Source: Clostridia bacterium
GTDB lineage: Bacteria > Bacillota > Clostridia > Christensenellales > Aristaeellaceae
Direction: 5' to 3'
Length of the DNA stretch: 22,521 bases
Assembly (NCBI GenBank): GCA_024404275.1
Contig: JAKSQG010000009.1
Span: 1 to 22,521 of the forward strand
Part shown: positions 18,018 through 22,521 of the stretch, in pieces
How the letters are laid out: the number at the start of each line of letters is the position of its first letter
Numbering within the stretch: the first letter of the stretch is position 1
Notes under the pieces: model-generated
What the model saw: the letters and a program-made list of their open reading frames with translations, nothing else
What the model was told of the DNA's origin: nothing
The model's database searches: none
Position numbers and translations under genes: made by a program

Positions 18018-18110
18018 CGTACCGTATGAAACCATCTGAAACCTATTGGGACATTTTGAACATTTTGAACACCATATGTCTATTATCAACAGCTTTGATT
18101 GAAACAAAAT

Positions 18111-18151
18111 AAAAGGAAAGCAAAACCATGACCGGTTTTTGCCTTCCTTTT
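18111..18151 (-). terminator. probable terminator after the sigma-54 activator gene
   Basis: A long imperfect hairpin pairs 18111-18127 with 18134-18151. On the minus strand it is followed by ATTTTGTTTC. Confidence 0.5.
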
Positions 18152-18238
18152 CGTATTCAAACGGGTTCAAAATACGGTTTTATCACCCATTGTCTTTCTC
18201 TGCAGCAAATGATAGTTTCAAAAGCGTGCAGTGCGCTT

Positions 18239-20158
18239 TCATTCAATTCCATACTCCCGGATTTTTCGCCACAGGGTGGTTTTGCTCAAGCCCAGCATAT
18301 CCGCCGCCTCTTTCTTGGTCTTGGCGATCAGAAGTGTATCCATGATCTTCTGGCGTTCCTTATCGCGCAGGGAGATGGTCGGAACCGCAGCGACCTGCTC
18401 TTCCTGAGGAGCCTCCTTCTGCGGGAGTACATTTTTCACATCGCCGAGGGTAATAAAGGTAGTGGAGCACAGCACCGCCAGCTGCTCGGAAACATTGCGC
18501 AGCTCACGCAGATTGCCCGGCCAGGGATAGCGCCCGATCAGGGTGGCGGCGTCCGGAGACAGACGGATCTATGTTTTACCGAATTTGGCCGCATAATAAT
18601 TGAGATAATGCTGCATGATGAGTGCTGCATCGCCGTCCCTGCGGCGCAGCGGAGGCAGATTGATGGAAAGCACCTTCAGACGATAATACAGATCCTCGCG
18701 AAATTTGTTTTCCGCGATCAGCTGCGTCAGATCCTTGTTGGTGGCGCAGATGATGCGCACATCCACATCGATCACCTTATCGCTGCCGATACGGCGCACT
18801 TCGCGTTCCTGAATGATGCGCAGCAGACGGGTCTGCATCTCCAGCGGGATCTCACTGATCTCATCAAGGAAAATGGTGCCGGTGTGCGCCGACTCAAAAA
18901 AGCCTGCTTTGCCGTTTTTGTTGGCGCCTGTGAAGGCGCCGCCCACATAACCGAACAGCTCGCTTTCAAACAGCGAGGGAGAAATGGCCGCACAGTTGAC
19001 CGCCACAAACGGTCTGTCGGCACGCTCGCTTTCGTTGTGGATGGACTGCGCTACCAGCTCCTTGCCGGTACCTGTCTCGCCAAAGAGCAGGATATTGGAA
19101 TCCACCTTCGCGTACTGACGAGCCTGATGGATCATATCCTGCAAAACAGTACTTTCACCCAGAATATCCCTGAAATGATACTTGGCCTTGTTGGATTTTT
19201 CGTTGCGGACCGTGGGCATATTTCCGCTGACCACATTGCTTTCACGCACCTTGCGCATGGTGATAACGGTGCCCAGCTGACGGTCGGCATCAGTCATGCT
19301 GCTGCCGCTCATGCGGATGTATTCCCCGCCGATGCGCACGACTTCATCATGAAAGGGCTTGTTATAGCTGAGAAGATTCAGCAGATTGCCTTCCGGCAGC
19401 ACTTTTTCGGTCGGACGACCGATCATTTCACTGCTCTTGCGGCCCAGCAGCATTTCCGCCACCGGATTGAAGGCACGCACAATACCGTTCTGGTCGACGG
19501 CGATGACACCGTCGCTGACGTGATTCAGCACCGCACGGTTTGTTGCGGATGATTCGCGCTCCGCCAAAAAGACCTGTGCGCAGCGTTTGGCCTCCGTAAT
19601 GGCCAGAAAGATCGATTCCGCGGAGGAGATCAGTAAGCCGCTGGGCACGCCATACTCCTTGGCAAATTCCATGGTATGATAGCCGCCGATGATCATTTTT
19701 GCGCCGTTCTGAACGGCTTCCCGTACGCCCTCACGCAGGCTGTCCCGGACAATATCCGGTGTGGTAAACGCCATGACCGGAAAGGGATATTCCGCCCCGA
19801 GATAATCCACGCAGCAGGTCATGTTGGCGGTACCGACCACGCCGATGGCCATATCCCCGTAGCGTTCGACCGCCTGACGGATGGAGATGCGCAGATCGTT
19901 TGCGGTGATCGGAATCTCAACAATAGGCGTCATCGGGTTCTGATTGCGGATCGTAGAGGCTGTGCCGCCGCGGCTGACGACCACATCCGCCTTGAAATGC
20001 TTGGCCAGAATAATGGTCGGCGAGACCTCGCATTCCACGGTATAACGATAATCCAGCCCGTACAGATTGGGTCCGAAGACCTCATTATGCATGGACCAAG
20101 CCTGTTTGACAAAGGGGATCATCGTAGGGGACGGCAGCGCAAAGTCAATGTGAACCAT
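18239..20158 (-). CDS. sigma-54-dependent transcriptional activator (PrpR_N - PAS - AAA+ - Fis-type HTH); one frame containing an in-frame TAG at 18569-18571
   Basis: ORFs 18569-20158 and 18239-18475 share one frame, and the codons between them are open. The read-through sequence is ...YYAAKFGKT[TAG]IRLSPDAATLIGRYPWPGNLRELRNVSEQLAVLC...KKEAADMLGLSKTTLWRKIREYGIE. It has Walker A GETGTGKE, the GAFTGA loop, Walker B FLDEI and the R-finger region. The WPGN(V/L)REL and HTH segments lie after the TAG. The stop is TGA. Confidence 0.85.
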
Positions 20159-20358
20159 GTTTTTTCCTCCAGAACCGACGCGGCATTCCTTTTCGCCTGA
20201 AAAGGGTGTTTCCTCATTCTCTATGCAAATCCCGTGCCATCTTCATTCCATTATGTTTCAAAAATATTCAAGTTTTGGAAGTCTTCAGCCGGCACGCCGC
20301 ATCCAATGCCGTGGCAGGATGATTATACCGTTTTTTTGATTCAAATAATAGCATTTTA

Positions 20359-20376
20359 TTTCAACTTGTTTCATTT
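20359..20376. promoter_or_regulatory. candidate UAS motif copy A (TTTCAACTTGTTTCATTT)
   Basis: It lies about 90 bp upstream of the plus-strand sigma-54 promoter and matches 17997-18017 with one substitution and one indel. Confidence 0.35.
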
Positions 20377-20462
20377 AAGCAAAGAGGGTGTGCAGGAGAA
20401 AAAGACATTGATTCTTCTTCCTATTAAAAAAAATGGTCAGCAGCATCCTTTCGTCAACTGTT

Positions 20463-20478
20463 TGGCACATTTTTTGCA
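20463..20478 (+). promoter_or_regulatory. sigma-54 (-24/-12) promoter driving the membrane-protein/MoxR operon
   Basis: TGGCACATTTTTTGCA matches TGGCAC-N5-TTGCA exactly, with GG-N10-GC spacing. It lies about 107 nt upstream of the GTG at 20585 and is divergent from the activator gene. Confidence 0.75.
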
Positions 20479-20523
20479 GATAATCTCAGTGGAGTATATT
20501 GTTTCCCGAAAATTGAAGATCCT

Positions 20524-20545
20524 GCATCCCGTTTTTGCGGGATGC
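20524..20545 (+). other. 8-bp GC-rich hairpin in the 5' UTR of the sigma-54-dependent operon
   Basis: GCATCCCG-TTTTTG-CGGGATGC. No U-tract follows, so it is not a terminator. Confidence 0.3.
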
Positions 20546-20584
20546 TGTCCTGCCCCATCCTCTGCATAGAAGGAGGCCGATCGG

Positions 20585-21991
20585 GTGATAAAAGAACTGA
20601 TTCCCTTTCAAAAGCGTCTGAACCGGCAGGCATTGCTGCGTAGTACAGCGCTTGCCGCCGCCATCGGAGCTGGCACTGCCGCCTGCGTGCTGCTCGTTTA
20701 TCGGCTACTGACCGATACCCGCAGTCCCATCCTGCCGCTCATCGCAGGTACAGCCGCGGCGCTGATCGCATTCTTGATTTTTTATCTGTTTGTGTTCCGT
20801 GCGAATGAAAAAAAGACCGCCGCGTATCTTGACCGTCAGGGATTGCAATAGCGTGTGCTGACCATGGTCACGAATCAATCTCTGAATGACCCCATCAGTC
20901 AGCTGCAGCGGCAGGATGCCCTGCGCCATATCGCGAAGCTCTCCCCCCGCGACATCAAAGTGAAAGCACCCGTGAAAAGTCTGATTGCACTGCTGTGCAT
21001 CGTTGTGCTGATCACGCCGCTTGCGATCATTCCCGGACCGTATCTGACTTTGAACAACGGTGAGGATGCCGCACTGCGGCGCTCGCAGGAAGCGCAGCTG
21101 GTCGATCAGCTGCTGGAAGACCTGCGCCGCCGCATTGAAGAATCCTCCCTCAGTGAGGAAAGGCGGCAGGAGCTGCTCGCCTGGCTGGACAGTCTGTCCG
21201 GTGATGCGCAGATCGATATGAAGCAGCTGGCGGATATCATCGCGCAGGCGCAGCAGATGGAAGAACACATCGCCAACGAGGAATCCTACGGCGCGGTGAT
21301 GGCATAGATGCTGGCGCAGCCGCACTTTGCAGGTTTGGCCAAAGCCATCCTCAACGCCGACATCGACGAGATGAACACCTACTTTGATGAGCTGGAAGCC
21401 AGTCTTGTTGTGCTGGAGCAGGAGCCGCTGTGCGCCGAGCTGATGGAGATCCGCAATGAAGCGATGGCCATCAACGCCCGCGCGTAGGAAGACGAAGGTG
21501 ACACCTCCGTCACCGGCGCCTTCAATACGCTGGCCAGCGGTTTCTATCTGGCATCCATCGGCGGCTTTTCCCACGAGGATACCGTTCAGCTGGTACATGA
21601 GGACCTGTTCCAGTGCCGCCTGACCATTCTGGGTATGCTGCAGGCGATGAGCTCATCGGGTAACGGCAGTGTGGACCGTGAACGTGCACAGACCGATGTA
21701 TCCGTCAAGCAGGAGACACACGAAGAAAACGGCACTGCCGCCGGCAAGACGGAACAGGACGAAAACGGCATCCTCAGCGGCGGCATTGACGGCATTGCCT
21801 CGGAAAGTCTGGGCGCAGCCATCCGTTTCAATCAGCCCGATGAGATGATGTGGGATCCCGACCGCAAGGAGACCCTTCCCTACCGTGAGGTATACGGCAA
21901 GTATTACCTGCAATTGCTCGAAGGCATGGAGAACGGTCTGTGGGACGAAAACACCTATGACGAGATCAACCGTTATTTTAATGGATTGTAA
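20585..21991 (+). CDS. membrane-anchored coiled-coil protein of unknown function; one frame with three in-frame TAGs (20849, 21305, 21485)
   Basis: ORFs 20585-20851, 20855-21307, the 59-codon stretch 21308-21484 and ORF 21635-21991 are all in the same frame and separated only by TAG. An AGGAGG RBS lies 8 nt before the GTG at 20585. There are three predicted TM helices followed by charged helical repeats. The final stop is TAA. It sits immediately upstream of the MoxR ATPase gene. Confidence 0.6.
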
Positions 21992-22017
21992 TCAGTAAAG
22001 AAGAAAAGCAGGAGGAT

Positions 22018-22521
22018 ATGAACATGACCAACGAAGCGGATATCCTGCGTTTCGGCGAATATTGCCGCAGCGCTATCGAAGAGATCGGCAAGGACATCGT
22101 AGGCCAGAAGGATGTTGTGGAAGGCGTTGTGACCGCCATGATCGCCGGCGGCAACGTGCTGCTGGAGGGTGTTCCCGGTACCGGCAAGACCCGTCTGATC
22201 CGCTCTGTCGGTCAGACCTTCGGCCTCAGCTTTTCCCGTATCCAGTTTACCCCCGATATGATGCCCGCTGATGTGACCGGCGTGCAGGTGCTGGAAAAGA
22301 AGGCCGACGGTACCGCCGCCTTCCGCTTCCAGCCCGGTCCCGTATTTGCCAACATCGTGCTGGCGGATGAGATCAACCGCGCAACGCCCAAGACGCAGTC
22401 GGCTTTGCTGCAGGCCATGGAAGAGCACCGCTTCAGCGTAGGCGGCACCGACCACATTCTGGAGGAGCCCTTCTTTGTTCTGGCGACCCAGAACCCCATT
22501 GAGCAGGAAGGTACCTATCCC
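22018..22521 (+). CDS. MoxR-family AAA+ ATPase, 3' end beyond the window
   Basis: My translation reads [63 protein letters not shown]...[14 protein letters not shown]...[30 protein letters not shown]...[17 protein letters not shown]. It has Walker A, Walker B and the MoxR-specific motifs. Given the GGAGG spacing, the ATG at 22024 may be the true start. Confidence 0.9.
   Translation, partial: MNMTNEADILRFGEYCRSAIEEIGKDIVGQKDVVEGVVTAMIAGGNVLLEGVPGTGKTRLIRSVGQTFGLSFSRIQFTPDMMPADVTGVQVLEKKADGTAAFRFQPGPVFANIVLADEINRATPKTQSALLQAMEEHRFSVGGTDHILEEPFFVLATQNPIEQEGTYP

Noticed and set aside
15323-18112. A 929-aa plus-strand ORF lies opposite the MBL-fold gene. Similar long antisense ORFs are 77-598, 2624-3871, 5275-6393, 9641-11068, 12559-13671, 13696-14631, 14465-15223, 18128-19552, 20705-21598 and 21973-22455.
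   Set aside because: Their translations are low-complexity and rich in Gly, Ala, Arg and His, with no recognisable motifs. In every case the opposite strand encodes a protein with clear family signatures, an RBS and a sensible operon context. They are typical shadow ORFs of GC-rich DNA.
17765-18170. Minus-strand ORFs 17765-18007 (80 aa) and 17841-18170 (109 aa) between the activator and the MBL-fold gene.
   Set aside because: They overlap the terminator hairpin, the repeat motifs and the sigma-54 promoter. They have no RBS and their AT-rich codon usage is unlike neighbouring genes.
20234-20569. A 111-aa plus-strand ORF in the AT-rich intergenic region.
   Set aside because: It has no RBS and its composition is atypical of the window's genes. 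It spans the sigma-54 -24/-12 element and the 5' UTR hairpin of the downstream gene, so it is most likely non-coding regulatory DNA.
20849-20857. TAG 20849-20851 read as a genuine stop separating an 88-aa two-TM protein from a downstream gene starting at GTG 20855.
   Set aside because: This is not fully rejected. The downstream GTG/ATG has no RBS, the frame is identical, and two further TAGs interrupt the same frame downstream. A single read-through gene is therefore more parsimonious. I have kept it as a stated alternative.
1-22521. A search for CRISPR arrays, transposase or integrase genes, inverted terminal repeats, rRNA or tRNA genes, and prophage structural genes.
   Set aside because: I found nothing of this kind by eye. 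The only repeats seen are the short regulatory-scale repeats reported above. An exhaustive repeat search is not possible without tools.

Overview
GC-rich chromosomal segment that looks like a Firmicutes/Clostridia genome. It carries the rplU-prp-rpmA ribosomal operon with an N-terminally extended L27, plus DegV, DUF896 and DUF554 genes. I call about 27 protein genes, mostly housekeeping or cell-envelope functions: hydrolase, GNATs, M1 peptidase, NAGPA-like glycosidase, NUDIX, SH3b-VanW, L,D-transpeptidase, CHAP amidase, GuaA-like protein and MTA/SAH nucleosidase. No rRNA, tRNA, CRISPR array or mobile element was seen. Two things stand out. (1) Three otherwise intact genes are interrupted only by in-frame TAG codons, five in total, with no frameshifts and no in-frame TGA or TAA. 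These are the M1 peptidase, a sigma-54 enhancer-binding protein (EBP), and a membrane/coiled-coil protein upstream of a MoxR ATPase. Conserved domains continue across each TAG. By my reading, all 22 genes whose 3' ends lie in the window stop at TGA (12) or TAA (10), and none at TAG. This pattern fits TAG being decoded as a sense codon (reassignment, pyrrolysine-type recoding or efficient suppression) better than it fits pseudogenes. (2) The PrpR_N-PAS-AAA+-HTH activator sits in AT-rich DNA between two near-consensus sigma-54 promoters. One drives a secreted 771-aa MBL-fold protein and the other drives the TAG-containing membrane protein/MoxR operon. Both upstream regions share a roughly 19-nt motif. 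All coordinates for motifs outside the ORF track were counted by hand.
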